From assembly GCA_041560255.1 (NCBI GenBank), contig JBFFBT010000001.1, forward strand, positions 157-64,156: 64,000 nucleotides of DNA, read 5' to 3'. The notes beneath the pieces are model-generated. The model was not told the origin of the DNA. It did no database searches and saw nothing but the letters and a program-made list of their open reading frames with translations. Shown piece by piece: positions 47,753 to 58,286 of the stretch. Both the position numbers and the translations under genes were made by a program. The stretch comes from Myxococcota bacterium (lineage in GTDB: Bacteria > Myxococcota > B64-G9). Numbering within the stretch: the stretch's first letter is position 1; each line of letters opens with the position of its first letter.

Positions 47753-50149
47753 TTGGAGCTTTCGATGAGTCTGGTTGAAAAAAAAAGATCCTTTTGGTCA
47801 AAGCTGCTTATTGTGGTCATGAGCCTGGTGGTTGCGGCTTGTTCGGGCGAACCCTCATCCGACGATGACGGGCAGGAGCCCTCTCATCTGCTTGCCTGTC
47901 TGTCCGAATACCACAAGATCGATCTGCACGCGGAAGCAAGCTTGCAGGCCGAGTTGTCGTTCGAGCCCATCCAGAGCGAAAATGATGAGGTATGCTGCGG
48001 CACAGTTGGTTGTCTGTCCCAGATCGAACAGGAGTTTGAGCGCTGGCGACAAGAACCCGTCTCTCTCCTGGGTCAGGTGGTGGACGAGCAGGGCAGAGTG
48101 GTTGCAAATGCGCGTGTATCCATCGCAGATGTAGAGGTAACCACCGATTTTAAAGGGGTTTTTCATGTCACCGTTCCTTCTCGCAAGAATCGGTGGCTGC
48201 GTATCGAAGCCGACGGTTTTCGGTCCCTTCTGCTAGGCGTGCATTTGACCGGAAGCCCTTTTGCGCAATTGCTGCAGTTGGGCCCTTTTGTGTTGCATCG
48301 AAACCATCTGGCGCCCAAAAAATTGTTGTTTGCCGGTGACTTTATGATGGGTCGCAGGTATATGGATCCCCAGGGTCTTTTTGACGAGTTTGAGATTCCG
48401 GTCGATGATCCCTCTGCCTGGATACAGCCTTCAAATCCCGCGCTGGGAAGCCGGAGGGTGGTCTCTTTTGTAAAACCAATATTTGATGCGGCGGATTGGG
48501 CCACCGTCAACCTGGAGACGACCGTGACGCAGCGACCCACCACTCCGGATATGGAGAAAAAACATATTTATTTTACGTTGCCCGGATCTTTGGCTGGATT
48601 GCAGGAGCTGAAAATCAGCCATGTCGGTATGGCCAACAACCATGTTTGTGACTATCAATCCATGGGGTTTCGCGATACTCTCGAGCATTTGAACGGGGCC
48701 GGCATTGCATACTACGGCGCCGGTATGGACAGAATCTCTGCTTTTGGTGCCAGGTATGTAAATGTAGGAGATACATCGCTGGCATTGCTGGCGATGACTT
48801 CGGTGGGACCTGGAGATACGACTTCGTGCGCGGCCGCGGATGATGGTTTTGGGGCAGCGGATTTGAGCGATCTCGATTCGGTTCGAAAGGCCATAGCGCA
48901 TCAACGGCAGGCCGGTCACCTTCCGATTGTGCAACTGCATACCGGGTGGGAGTATACCTATGAGCCGCCTGAAAGCTCGTTGAAGTACATGCATGCCGCG
49001 GCCGACAGCGGGGCCGGTCTGGTGGTTGCGCATCATCCCCACATGGCCCAGGGTTTTTCGATCTATAACGATGTGTTGTTGATGTATTCATTGGGTAATT
49101 TCGTTTTTGATCAGTATCGCAATGAAACCATGTTGTCTTTTGCCGCCGAGGTGAGGTTGAAATCCGGGGTTGTATCGGGAGTGGAAATCATTCCGGTCTT
49201 TGTCGAAGATTACGCTCCCCGGGTGGTTGCCGGTCCGTTGGGTGCGCGTCTCATCAGGCGGCTGGCCGAGTTTTCCGATCCTCCCGGGATTGCGTTGACC
49301 CAGCGCGCCGGACGGGGATGGCTCGATCTTGATCCCTCCATGTCCAAAGCGGTTTCACGCAAGGTGGTATTTCCCGTCAATATCGGATCGGACGGATGGA
49401 GTATCATTGATTTACGAGGTATCGCCGGTCCGGCCGAAAGCCTCGTCAAGATCAATGCGGATCATGCCGGCATCAAGGTGAGAACGGGTCGCGATTTGCT
49501 TCATTTCGGAGATTTTGAAGATAATGATATCGATGAAGATCTTCTCGAGCTGTCTCGCTGGGAGCTTGTAGGCGGCAGTCGCCCTTGCACGTTCGGGATG
49601 CGTGGCGCGGGTGCCTTGTGTCTGCAAACCGATGGCGGCGGCTCTCATGTCTATGCGTCTTCGGCCGATCTGTATGATCAAGTACGCTTGCTTGCTTTTG
49701 CGGATGCTTCGGATCAATTGACGCTCTTTGGGTATTTGCAGGCCACCTGTGCTGATTCGACCAAAGCGCATGTATCGCTGCTTCGGCAGGACGGGAGTGT
49801 TGCCCGCAAGCGTACGTATGAACTGGTTCGAGCCGGTACGCATCCCTGGATTCCTTTTGCCCGGGACATCGATCTCGGGATAGACGACTACGGCCTCGTG
49901 GAAGGCGTCAAAATCGGTTTTCGGTATACCGCTTCTCAGCCCGTGTCGACCGGAAGGGTCGTTCTAGATGATATTGCGGTCATATCTTGGGACGGCAACG
50001 AGCAGGTGGATCCAAAGACAGTGCAATTTGCCGGACAACATGCCAAAGATTTTTTGCGGGTCTCCGGTCCGATCGGATCTCACGAGTTGGAGTTGCATTT
50101 TGATCATTATCCGGCTGCCGTTTGTATGCCGACCGGGCGGATGGATTGA
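47753..50149 (+). CDS. lipoprotein with CapA/PgsA-type metallophosphatase (poly-gamma-glutamate capsule synthesis-like) domain
   Basis: Lipobox (LVVAAC). N-terminal CarbopepD_reg-like region. CapA motifs (LLFAGDFMMGRR, VNLETTVT, ANNHVCDY, YYGAG, LGNFVFDQ). Confidence 0.65.
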   Translation: MELSMSLVEKKRSFWSKLLIVVMSLVVAACSGEPSSDDDGQEPSHLLACLSEYHKIDLHAEASLQAELSFEPIQSENDEVCCGTVGCLSQIEQEFERWRQEPVSLLGQVVDEQGRVVANARVSIADVEVTTDFKGVFHVTVPSRKNRWLRIEADGFRSLLLGVHLTGSPFAQLLQLGPFVLHRNHLAPKKLLFAGDFMMGRRYMDPQGLFDEFEIPVDDPSAWIQPSNPALGSRRVVSFVKPIFDAADWATVNLETTVTQRPTTPDMEKKHIYFTLPGSLAGLQELKISHVGMANNHVCDYQSMGFRDTLEHLNGAGIAYYGAGMDRISAFGARYVNVGDTSLALLAMTSVGPGDTTSCAAADDGFGAADLSDLDSVRKAIAHQRQAGHLPIVQLHTGWEYTYEPPESSLKYMHAAADSGAGLVVAHHPHMAQGFSIYNDVLLMYSLGNFVFDQYRNETMLSFAAEVRLKSGVVSGVEIIPVFVEDYAPRVVAGPLGARLIRRLAEFSDPPGIALTQRAGRGWLDLDPSMSKAVSRKVVFPVNIGSDGWSIIDLRGIAGPAESLVKINADHAGIKVRTGRDLLHFGDFEDNDIDEDLLELSRWELVGGSRPCTFGMRGAGALCLQTDGGGSHVYASSADLYDQVRLLAFADASDQLTLFGYLQATCADSTKAHVSLLRQDGSVARKRTYELVRAGTHPWIPFARDIDLGIDDYGLVEGVKIGFRYTASQPVSTGRVVLDDIAVISWDGNEQVDPKTVQFAGQHAKDFLRVSGPIGSHELELHFDHYPAAVCMPTGRMD

Positions 50150-50300
50150 TACGAGAAATATCCCCTATGTCTGAGATGATTTCGTAAAGAGTTATGCTGA
50201 TCCCGACACCGGCCGGGTGGCATACCTCGAAACCGACGGGATCTATGGCGACAAAAAGATATTTGTCATGAGCATAATACGAGTTTGGGAGCGATGGAAA

Positions 50301-50660
50301 CTATTGTTCGTCCAACCAGCGGGCAATGGCCCTTTCGGTCTTGAAGGGCAGTTGCTCAAATTTGGCGGCCACCCCGGTTTTACCCTCTGCGGATGTCAAA
50401 CGGATGACCCGGCAATCTACCGACAGATAATCTCTTCTGGTTTCAGGATCGAGATTGATGATCAATTCGTCTCCCATCCTGACGGACTTGTCGGTGATGA
50501 AGTAGCATCCTCCGATGCCCAGGTTGCCTGGTTGGATTTCGCTCCATCCATCCGGATGCATGATGTGAAACTGAGTCTCGTAACGGGGTGATTCTCTGCG
50601 GTCCGGAATTTTGGATGCATAACCCGTCTCGATTTCTCCAATTTGGTTTTCCAACTTCAT
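50301..50660 (-). CDS. PilZ-domain c-di-GMP binding protein
   Basis: RRESPRY (RxxxR) and NLGIGGCYF (D/NxSxxG-like) motifs. SD is AAAAGGGGGAAG. Confidence 0.6.
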   Translation of the reverse strand: MKLENQIGEIETGYASKIPDRRESPRYETQFHIMHPDGWSEIQPGNLGIGGCYFITDKSVRMGDELIINLDPETRRDYLSVDCRVIRLTSAEGKTGVAAKFEQLPFKTERAIARWLDEQ

Positions 50661-50913
50661 TTCACTTTCTTCCCCCTTTTTGGTCTTCCAGCGCCAACTG
50701 CCTCTATGATTATCGTGACAGTCGCGTTTATATCGTTTCTTCCCGCAGCACGTTTTTTTTGCCCCCCCGGGCCGGATGCTTCAGGTCAATTCGAAATACA
50801 TGGTTGTTCGAAGTTGCTTGACTGAATTATAGCACGATCGGTAAAAAAAAAGCACAAGTCTTTTTTATTTTCTCGATTTTTTGCTTGCGTCCGGATGCGC
50901 GAGGAGAGCGAAA

Positions 50914-53547
50914 ATGAAAAACCAAACCTATAGAAAAGCGAGAGCCACACTTGGCTTTCTGGCCTTGGTGGCATTTGTGTATGTGGGGGTTCAAATTCTT
51001 GTGGCATACCAGTATGCGGTGCTCTCGGTCCAAACCGAGCAGCAGTTTGAAAATATCGAGACCGAGTCGATCGAAGAACGCAAGAAGCTCGAGGAGGCCA
51101 TTGCTCTGAAGATCGAGAACAACCGCAAGAAGTTTTTTTGGGCAACCTTCATATCCAACATCAGCGCCACCATCGGTATATTGGCGGCATTCGCTGGTAT
51201 TTGGATGGGATTCAGGCAATACCTTCAAGCCCAAGAGAAACATCAGCACGAGCAGGCTCGGGAGAGACGCGATCGGATCGCTACGGATTTGTCGGATTTG
51301 TGGCGGTCGGTCGCTAGTGAAAAACCGGCCGAGCGGGCTGGATGTGTCGCTCGGCTTCAGGATTTGTTGTCGGAGGATAAGGTTGAGTTTCATAAACGGG
51401 CAGTCTCGACTTTAGCCTTGATGGCGCGTATGCACAGGCAGGATGAAGCCTTGCAGGATACGTTGGTGCCGGTGGTGGAGGAATGCGTTCGAAAGTTGCC
51501 GTCCGAGGTGGTTACTTCGGTGTCTTGGCAGCGCACCCGTTTGTATCGAACGAATTTTTCCGGGGCGGTTTTGACGGGCATGGATTTCCGAGACGCTTTT
51601 TTGGAAGAAGCCGATTTTTCCCGCGCGGATTTACGCCGAGCGCGGTTTGACGCCGCTAGACTCAACGGAGCCAATTTCGATTATGCCGTATTGGATGGAG
51701 CGGTGCTCAAGCATGCCGATCTGGCTGGTGCTAGCTTCTGCAATGCAAGCTTGGTAGGGGCGGATATCGGCGATGTGATGCTTCTGGATGCGGATTTCTC
51801 CCAGGCTGATCTGAGGGGGACGGAAAAGAGTTGGGCCGATCTGGACATTACCCAGGCGAAAAACTGGCGTTCGGCCGGAATAGAATCCAAAATGCGGCAG
51901 GATCTGATTGAATCCTATGGGATGGGCCCTCAAAAACCGCGGGTTCTTATGATCATGTGGGAGATGGAGCCGGTTGTGTCGGGGGGAGGTTGGACGGCAG
52001 TGTATCATTTGGTAAAGCAGCTGAGCCGGCATGGAGCTGATTTGACCCTGATCATACCCTGGATGGACTCTCCGATTTCTCGAAGCATCTTCGGTAACGA
52101 GGTCAAGCTTGTGGCCGTGGGGATCGATGCTCAAGAACCGATAGCGACTCAGTATGCCGGTTGCCCGGCCGAGAGATACGGCGGCGGATCACCCATTTAC
52201 GCGGGATTGGATTACGCATCCGGATATGGGAGCGGCAGGTATACGACATCCAAGACCTTATCGGCGACCGATTTGGTCAATCGATTTACCGAAAAAGCGC
52301 TTGCATGGCTCCAAGCTGAAAGACCTCGGTTTGATGTGATTCACGCCCATGATTGGCTGTCGTTTCCTGCCGCCGGATTGATGGCCGAACGTTTGAAAAT
52401 ACCCTGGGTGGCGCACTTTCATTCCATTGAAGCGGATCGAAGAAAAATACCCACCGATTGGATTGCACGAATCGAAGCCCAGGCATGCCGGAATGCAAAC
52501 ACTGTGGTCGCTGTAAGTCGGGTGACTCGTGACAGGTTGGTGTCAATCTACGGCGCATCCGTCGAGGATGTCGTGGTGGTACCCAACTGTTTGTCGGATC
52601 AGCCGGCAACCTGGGAGCGTATCAATAATCCGGATCCCGGCTGGGTGGTTTTTGTGGGCAGAAGATGTTGGCAAAAGGGATCTGACTTGTTCATTCATAT
52701 TGCCAGAGCGGTCCAACGCATGAGGCCGCAGACCAGATTTGCCATGTTTGGAAAGGACGCTTCTGGTGAGGGCTTCTTATATGATCACGGTGCGGGCCGC
52801 AGCGGCCGGCTCGCAAGCACTCCGGAGTTGGTGCATGCCACCCACATCCGGCAACCCGATCTGTATCTCGAGCCGTTCGGACAGGATGAAATGAGCCAGG
52901 GTGTGCAGATGATCTCCCAAATACGAGCGATCGAGTATCAACCTCCGGGAATGATATCCCAAATTGATTTCCCTGAGGGCATGGATGAGCAATCCGCCAA
53001 ATGGTTGTTGCTCTCCATGGGAGCTGCGTTGTTTGAGCAGGGCCCGCAGAGTGGTTTTACCCATATGGCTGTCTTGCAGGATCATGGCAGAGGTAGACCT
53101 CCCGTGTGGGGATTTTTGGTGTATGCCCCTGCCTTGAGACAGTTGCCTGGAAAGCATTTTGAGGAGCCGATATCCGTCCATCCGTTCACGCCTTGGCCCG
53201 CGAGAAAATCGGTATTCAGCAATGCTTCGATCCTGGTGGCCCCGTCGCGGCACGAGCCTTTCGGCATGCAGGTGTTGGAGGCCATGCAACAAGGCGTGCC
53301 GGTCATGGTCAGTCAAAACGCCGGAGTCTGCGAAGTCGCAAAGTCGGTCATTTGCATCGATCCTTTAGACGTATCTCAAACCGCCGAAAAAATCGTCGGA
53401 TTGCTCGCAGATGCCGATGCTTGGCAGAAACAAGTCCGAGTGCAGCGGGCGGAAATCGCGGGTTACGCGGATAGGGGGTATGAAAAGATCATGATGGATG
53501 TGTGGCTCGAGCCTGGGAGTAAAGTAGGGGATGCAGGTCTCCCTTGA
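50914..53547 (+). CDS. membrane-anchored pentapeptide-repeat protein fused to a GT-B glycosyltransferase (glycogen/starch synthase-like)
   Basis: N-terminal TM helix plus coiled-coil. Tandem pentapeptide repeats follow (ADFSRADLRRARFDAARLNGANFDYAVLDGAVLKHADLAGASF...). The GT-B domain has SGGGWTAVYHL and an EPFGMQVLEAMQQGVPV signature. SD is GAGGAGAGCGAAA before the ATG at 50914. Confidence 0.7.
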   Translation: MKNQTYRKARATLGFLALVAFVYVGVQILVAYQYAVLSVQTEQQFENIETESIEERKKLEEAIALKIENNRKKFFWATFISNISATIGILAAFAGIWMGFRQYLQAQEKHQHEQARERRDRIATDLSDLWRSVASEKPAERAGCVARLQDLLSEDKVEFHKRAVSTLALMARMHRQDEALQDTLVPVVEECVRKLPSEVVTSVSWQRTRLYRTNFSGAVLTGMDFRDAFLEEADFSRADLRRARFDAARLNGANFDYAVLDGAVLKHADLAGASFCNASLVGADIGDVMLLDADFSQADLRGTEKSWADLDITQAKNWRSAGIESKMRQDLIESYGMGPQKPRVLMIMWEMEPVVSGGGWTAVYHLVKQLSRHGADLTLIIPWMDSPISRSIFGNEVKLVAVGIDAQEPIATQYAGCPAERYGGGSPIYAGLDYASGYGSGRYTTSKTLSATDLVNRFTEKALAWLQAERPRFDVIHAHDWLSFPAAGLMAERLKIPWVAHFHSIEADRRKIPTDWIARIEAQACRNANTVVAVSRVTRDRLVSIYGASVEDVVVVPNCLSDQPATWERINNPDPGWVVFVGRRCWQKGSDLFIHIARAVQRMRPQTRFAMFGKDASGEGFLYDHGAGRSGRLASTPELVHATHIRQPDLYLEPFGQDEMSQGVQMISQIRAIEYQPPGMISQIDFPEGMDEQSAKWLLLSMGAALFEQGPQSGFTHMAVLQDHGRGRPPVWGFLVYAPALRQLPGKHFEEPISVHPFTPWPARKSVFSNASILVAPSRHEPFGMQVLEAMQQGVPVMVSQNAGVCEVAKSVICIDPLDVSQTAEKIVGLLADADAWQKQVRVQRAEIAGYADRGYEKIMMDVWLEPGSKVGDAGLP

Positions 53548-53704
53548 TCTCAATTTGGGGTTGATTCCCGCGGGACTTTCTCTACAATAGGCAGATCGGC
53601 GGCAGGGAATGCATGAAATGCCGCATGGTATGATGGAGAAGGAGCCCACCCTGCCTACAAGAAACTTCGCGCATGCAAGGAGCGCATCATCAAAAGGAGG
53701 AGTC

Positions 53705-54244
53705 ATGAAACCGGTTTTGGGCATGTTGTGCGTATGCGGTATGTTGTTGATTGGATTCTCGGCTTGTAAACGTTCGGATACCGAATCCAAACCCCAAGAG
53801 ACCACCCAAAAAGAGACGGCGGTGAAATCCGAGCCGACTGATGAAGCCGATCAACTCGAAGCGGACAAACCTGCCGCCATACCGGCCCCTTCGGATGTAG
53901 CTGCCATCCCCGAGGATGCCGAGCGCACCGACTCGGGTATTGGATCAAAAGTTTTGGAAAAAGGCAGTGGAGGTAAACATCCGACCGCAACGAGCCGAGT
54001 CAAGGTTCACTATTCGGGCTGGACCACCGATGGAAAGATGTTCGACAGTTCGGTGATGCGGGGTCAACCAGCGGTATTTCCTTTGGATCGCGTAATCCCT
54101 GGATGGACCGAGGGGGTTCAATTGATGGTGACGGGGGAAAAACGCAGGTTTTGGATTCCCGAGGAGCTGGCTTACAAGGGACGCCCGGGAGCTCCTGCAG
54201 GAATGCTGGTTTTCGATGTGGAGCTGATCGAAATCCTTGAATGA
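53705..54244 (+). CDS. FKBP-type peptidyl-prolyl cis-trans isomerase lipoprotein
   Basis: Lipobox GFSAC. C-terminal FKBP domain (VKVHYSGWTTDGKMFDSS ... FPLDRVIPGWTEGVQLM ... LVFDVELIEI). Strong SD AAAAGGAGGAGTC. Confidence 0.85.
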   Translation: MKPVLGMLCVCGMLLIGFSACKRSDTESKPQETTQKETAVKSEPTDEADQLEADKPAAIPAPSDVAAIPEDAERTDSGIGSKVLEKGSGGKHPTATSRVKVHYSGWTTDGKMFDSSVMRGQPAVFPLDRVIPGWTEGVQLMVTGEKRRFWIPEELAYKGRPGAPAGMLVFDVELIEILE

Positions 54245-54546
54245 TCCGAGCTTCGAATCCCTGAGCTGGAATTGACTTTTTTTCCTTCAGCGGTTTGATT
54301 CCGCGTCAATCTCGCAAAATACGGTTTGTGAAGGCCGATTTCAAATTTTAGTCGGAAAGTTTGTGGGGATCTTCCCTACAGTTTTATATATACTGTTATT
54401 ATTGAAAAATATTGGGATATGTTTATCAAAAATCGTGATTCAATTGGTACAGTTTCATTTAAAATGTGATATAAGCACAGTTTGCCGGGAAGAACAGTCG
54501 TCCGGGGAGTCATGCCAGGGTTGAATTGGATGATACAGGGGAAAGT

Positions 54547-54855
54547 ATGAAAGAGGTCGATCTTGCCAATATTAAAACGGAGCTGACGGAAGCCAAGGTA
54601 GCCATCAATCAAGTGGGTAACGCTTTGACGGTGGCGGCTGAGAGAATTCATGAGATACAGCAAGAATTGTACGAACGACGCGTGAATCAACGCTACCAAG
54701 ATGGAGAAATTGCTGATTTGACCCGAAGGGTCGTGCTTGTAGAAAAGCAGATTTCTCATCTCGTCAATCAACTGGAAAAACTCATGAGCCAAAAAGAGTA
54801 TGGCGCATCGCTGGTTGCTTTTGAAGAATCTCTCGAAGATCCGGACAACTTTTAA
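54547..54855 (+). CDS. small coiled-coil hypothetical protein
   Basis: About 100-aa helical/heptad-rich sequence. Preceded by an AT-rich promoter-like region (54245-54525). No family recognised. Confidence 0.4.
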   Translation: MKEVDLANIKTELTEAKVAINQVGNALTVAAERIHEIQQELYERRVNQRYQDGEIADLTRRVVLVEKQISHLVNQLEKLMSQKEYGASLVAFEESLEDPDNF

Positions 54856-54900
54856 GATCGTGATGATGATACCTGGCTGGTCGAGATCGAAGTTGCCGTG

Positions 54901-55590
54901 ATGGAACAAGTGGAGCTGGTTTCTCTGTTTCTTTTGGGCCTAATTGGAACGGGTCATTGTTTGGGCATGTGTGGACCTCTCGTGTTGGCCTTGCCTGTAA
55001 GATCGGGTAAAATCAGCGGACATGTATTTTATCATCTGGGACGCATCTGCACCTACCTGCTCACCGGCTCACTGCTGGGAACTGTCGGATCGGGACTCAA
55101 AGAGGCTGCCTCGTCACAAAGCTTTCAAGCGCCGACGGGTTTTTTATGGGCTCAGATGGTTTTATCCCTGTTGGCTTCATCGGTTATGCTCGGCTTCGGC
55201 CTCATTCGGTTGGGAGTGGTGGCTGAACCTGCTTGGATGTCCGGCGCCACCCCTGCCAAGCTGCCGGGATTTGCCCGGATTCAAAAGAAGGTCTGGGTGG
55301 AAAGACGGGAGCGTGCCATCTTTTGGTTTGGTGTGTTGCTGGGTTTTCTGCCCTGCGGTCTTTCGTGGGGTGTCTTTGCCAAGAGTTTGGCGACCGGAAG
55401 CGTTTTTTGGGGGGCCATGGCGGCGCTTGCGTTCGGTTTGGGCACGTTGCCGGGATTGTTGCTTCTTGGCGGCGGACTTGGAAGCTGGATGCAGCGATAC
55501 CGGGCTTGGTCGGATCTTGTGTCCGGCCTCATGATGGTGGGCATGTCGATATCGACCGCCATGCAGGCAATCCGGCCTTGGTTGCAGTGA
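54901..55590 (+). CDS. DsbD_2/CcdA-like polytopic membrane protein with HCxxMCGP motif
   Basis: GTGHCLGMCGPLVLALP in the first TM helix and a second Cys pair (FLPCGLSWG). Six TM helices. Confidence 0.55.
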   Translation: MEQVELVSLFLLGLIGTGHCLGMCGPLVLALPVRSGKISGHVFYHLGRICTYLLTGSLLGTVGSGLKEAASSQSFQAPTGFLWAQMVLSLLASSVMLGFGLIRLGVVAEPAWMSGATPAKLPGFARIQKKVWVERRERAIFWFGVLLGFLPCGLSWGVFAKSLATGSVFWGAMAALAFGLGTLPGLLLLGGGLGSWMQRYRAWSDLVSGLMMVGMSISTAMQAIRPWLQ

Positions 55591-55783
55591 GATCATATTT
55601 ATCGCGGCAGGGTGTTTTCGTTCTCTTGACTCATTTGCTCGTGCCAGATACACTTTGTTAGGCAGGTGGTGGATCATACAGTAGATATCTTTTTGGCGCT
55701 GCAGGCATTCTGCAAAGCGCCGAAAGGGAAGCTGTTGTATAAACTTAAGAATAGGCCCTAACAACCCGCAGGGAGTGTGCGAC

Positions 55784-56443
55784 ATGGACTTAGTAGGTTT
55801 TATTGGGCAGTTCAATCCATTTTCTCGAAGCGGTGTTTGGATGTTTCTCATTTTGTTGGTGTCGGTTTTTACCTTGACCCTGATCATCGAAAGAGCCTAT
55901 GCGCTTTGGTTTCGCTTTCGGATAGACGCGCCGCAAATATTGGGGCGGGTTTTGTCTTTTGTGGACGCGAACAACTACAGCCGGGCTATCGAAGTGTGCA
56001 ACGCCCAAAAGGATCACCCGGTGTATACAGTGCTCAAATCCGGTTTACTCAAGGCCAACCGGTCGGATTTGGAGATACGCAGAGCCCTCGAGCACACCAC
56101 CATGAAGATCGGCCCGCAAGTGCAAAAGCGTACGCACTATTTGGCCACATTGGCGAACGTGGCCACACTTTTGGGTCTTTTGGGCACCATATTCGGTCTG
56201 ATTATGGCATTTGAAGGCTTGGAAATGGCTTCCGCCGCCAAGAAGCAGGAGGTCTTGGCCAGAGGTATTTCGCTGGCCATGCAGACCACGGCATTCGGAC
56301 TCATTGTAGCCATCCCGACCAGTATTGCGCATGCGGTGCTCAGCTCGAAGCAAAATGCGTTGATGGATACCATAGAAGACAGCGCCATGACCTTGTTTTC
56401 TCATCTGTCATCGAAAAACCGCATGGGCGCCATCAATCAGTAA
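55784..56443 (+). CDS. MotA/TolQ/ExbB-family proton channel (AglR-like)
   Basis: Three TM helices with the conserved C-terminal helix pair (LATLANVATLLGLLGTIFGLIMAF ... AMQTTAFGLIVAIP). SD is GGGAG before the ATG at 55784. Confidence 0.8.
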   Translation: MDLVGFIGQFNPFSRSGVWMFLILLVSVFTLTLIIERAYALWFRFRIDAPQILGRVLSFVDANNYSRAIEVCNAQKDHPVYTVLKSGLLKANRSDLEIRRALEHTTMKIGPQVQKRTHYLATLANVATLLGLLGTIFGLIMAFEGLEMASAAKKQEVLARGISLAMQTTAFGLIVAIPTSIAHAVLSSKQNALMDTIEDSAMTLFSHLSSKNRMGAINQ

Positions 56444-56596
56444 ACCGGGAGTCCGCCGGGTTGACCAAACTCCATTGCAGGCTTTATGTTTTGTCATGGA
56501 GGCCTAGATGAATTTTTATGTTGTACAACTGATGATGTGGTTTGCGTTATTTGAGTACATATCGTTTTGAAGCGGTGACGAGTTGGGAGACCGAGC

Positions 56597-57112
56597 ATGC
56601 GTAGAAGAGTGTCGGATTCTGGTCCCGTGCAGCTGAACATGGTGCCTGTCATGAACCTGTTTTTGGCTATGATTCCGTTTCTACTCATGTGCGCTGCGTT
56701 TTTTCAAGTATCGGTGATAAATGCCTCGGTGCCGGCGCTTTCCGAAGGTGAGGAAAAAGAAGATCAACCGGGCGCCGAAGAAGATCGAAAAATAACCCTC
56801 AACCTGCAAATCACCAAGCAAGGTTTCAGTTTGACTGCATCGGGTGATCTTTCGGAAGAAGAGCTCAAGAAAATCGGCGGAGTTATTGCCAAGCAAGGGG
56901 ATGAATACGACTTTGAAAAACTGTCCGATCATGTGAAGAAGGTGCACGATAAGTACAAAAAGAGCGACACCATTATCATACTGCCCGAGAAGGACATACT
57001 CTACGATACGATTGTCAAGTCCATGGATGCAACCCGCGAGCGCGTATTGGACAAGCGTCAGGATGTGAGAGAGTATCTGTTTACCAACGCAGTGGTGTCG
57101 TCGATTCTTTGA
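56597..57112 (+). CDS. ExbD/TolR-family protein (AglQ/AglS-like) 1
   Basis: LNMVPVMNLFLAMIPFLLMCAAFF single TM anchor, followed by a periplasmic domain. Confidence 0.75.
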   Translation: MRRRVSDSGPVQLNMVPVMNLFLAMIPFLLMCAAFFQVSVINASVPALSEGEEKEDQPGAEEDRKITLNLQITKQGFSLTASGDLSEEELKKIGGVIAKQGDEYDFEKLSDHVKKVHDKYKKSDTIIILPEKDILYDTIVKSMDATRERVLDKRQDVREYLFTNAVVSSIL

Positions 57113-57299
57113 TGGTGGTCCGATCTTTGGCTGAAAGCGGTTGTTTTCCTATGGAGGCCAGGGTGGAAGTCTTTGAGAAACAAGTGATTATAGAACAATA
57201 GAGGTGGTCATACGAGCTTTGGGTAGGCGGACTACATTGGATTGAAGCCCTTTATCGGGTTGTGACGAAACGGGCCCTAAGACCGGCGGGAATACCAAG

Positions 57300-57785
57300 A
57301 TGCGAAGAGCGGCACGGCACAGTCAGCAACATATGAATCTCAATCTAACCTCCATGATGGACATGTTCACCATTATTTTGGTGTTCTTGTTGTTCAGCTT
57401 TTCAAATCAGGATCAAAACCTGAAGTTGGATCCGGACATCATGCTGCCCGATTCGTCTGCGATGATTGAGTTCAAGTGGGCCATCAATATATATCTGTCG
57501 GAAACCGAATTGAAAGTCGAGGGAGCCACCCTTGCCAAAGTCAGGGATGGTAAGTTGACCGATGTCAAGGTGGACCAGGAGAAAAAACGAGTATTGCCTT
57601 TGTACAATCTTTTGAAGAAATATCGTGAGACCGAATCACAGGAAAAAACCAATCCCACTGCGGACGAAACCGTCATCAGCTTTCAAGCGGACAAAAAGTT
57701 GCCCTTTGACGTTATCGATTTTGTCATGAAAACTGCTGCGCAGGCAGGATATCCCAACTTTCGCTTCGTGGTGTTGAAAAAGTGA
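57300..57785 (+). CDS. ExbD/TolR-family protein (AglQ/AglS-like) 2
   Basis: NLTSMMDMFTIILVFLLFSF anchor. A second paralog follows the first. Confidence 0.7.
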   Translation: MRRAARHSQQHMNLNLTSMMDMFTIILVFLLFSFSNQDQNLKLDPDIMLPDSSAMIEFKWAINIYLSETELKVEGATLAKVRDGKLTDVKVDQEKKRVLPLYNLLKKYRETESQEKTNPTADETVISFQADKKLPFDVIDFVMKTAAQAGYPNFRFVVLKK

Positions 57786-57795
57786 AAGGAGGTGG

Positions 57796-58248
57796 GTGTT
57801 GATGTTGGTCCTATCTGGTTTGTTGGTGGCAGCCCTTTTGGCGGGTCATGGAGATACGGACAAGCGTGTTTCGGATTTTGGTCCGCGGGGTGAGAAAGTA
57901 TTTTCAAAGATATGTGTAAAGGACGGTATTCGAGTCGCGCGAAAGCGAGTTCGCTCGAAGAAGAAGCCTCGGACTCGAGCCGTAAGGGCCAGAAAATCTA
58001 CTCCCAAGCCTACTGCCCGTCCGACGCCTGTGCCTACATCCCAATCCGGTGAGTTGAACGTTCCTTTGGGATCGAGCCTGGGTCGAACAACCCGGATCGA
58101 GTTCGATGCGCAACTCATCAAGGGTCAAACCACCAAGGCCGGCGAGGTTCAGATTTTGGAGCGTAAGGATGTGGCGCTTACGAGTATGGTGAAAAGAAGA
58201 ACCAGTTTTCGAGAGGAAATCATTCAAACCGTTTTCCCCGATAAATAA
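57796..58248 (+). CDS. membrane-anchored basic/Pro-rich protein (possible TonB/TolA-like energy-transducer partner)
   Basis: N-terminal TM helix, a Lys/Arg/Pro-rich spacer (KKKPRTRAVRARKSTPKPTARPTPVPT), and a small C-terminal domain. The assignment rests on context after the ExbB-ExbD-ExbD genes only. Confidence 0.35.
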   Translation: MLMLVLSGLLVAALLAGHGDTDKRVSDFGPRGEKVFSKICVKDGIRVARKRVRSKKKPRTRAVRARKSTPKPTARPTPVPTSQSGELNVPLGSSLGRTTRIEFDAQLIKGQTTKAGEVQILERKDVALTSMVKRRTSFREEIIQTVFPDK

Positions 58249-58286
58249 GTAGTGGTTGGATAAAAGTTGCATGGCAGGGAGAAATC

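Noticed and set aside
54376-54909. 177-aa minus-strand ORF across the AT-rich region and antisense to the small coiled-coil gene
   Set aside because: The translation is Ile/Phe/Leu-rich and low-complexity, as expected from AT-rich DNA. No RBS; likely spurious.
57776-57842. Apparent in-frame fusion of the second ExbD gene with the following ORF when reading the printed sequence by eye
   Set aside because: My manual codon count in this stretch (poly-A run and a GGG run) did not match the supplied ORF track, which shows two separate genes in different frames. I could not verify this without tools. I attribute it to my own counting error and followed the ORF track.
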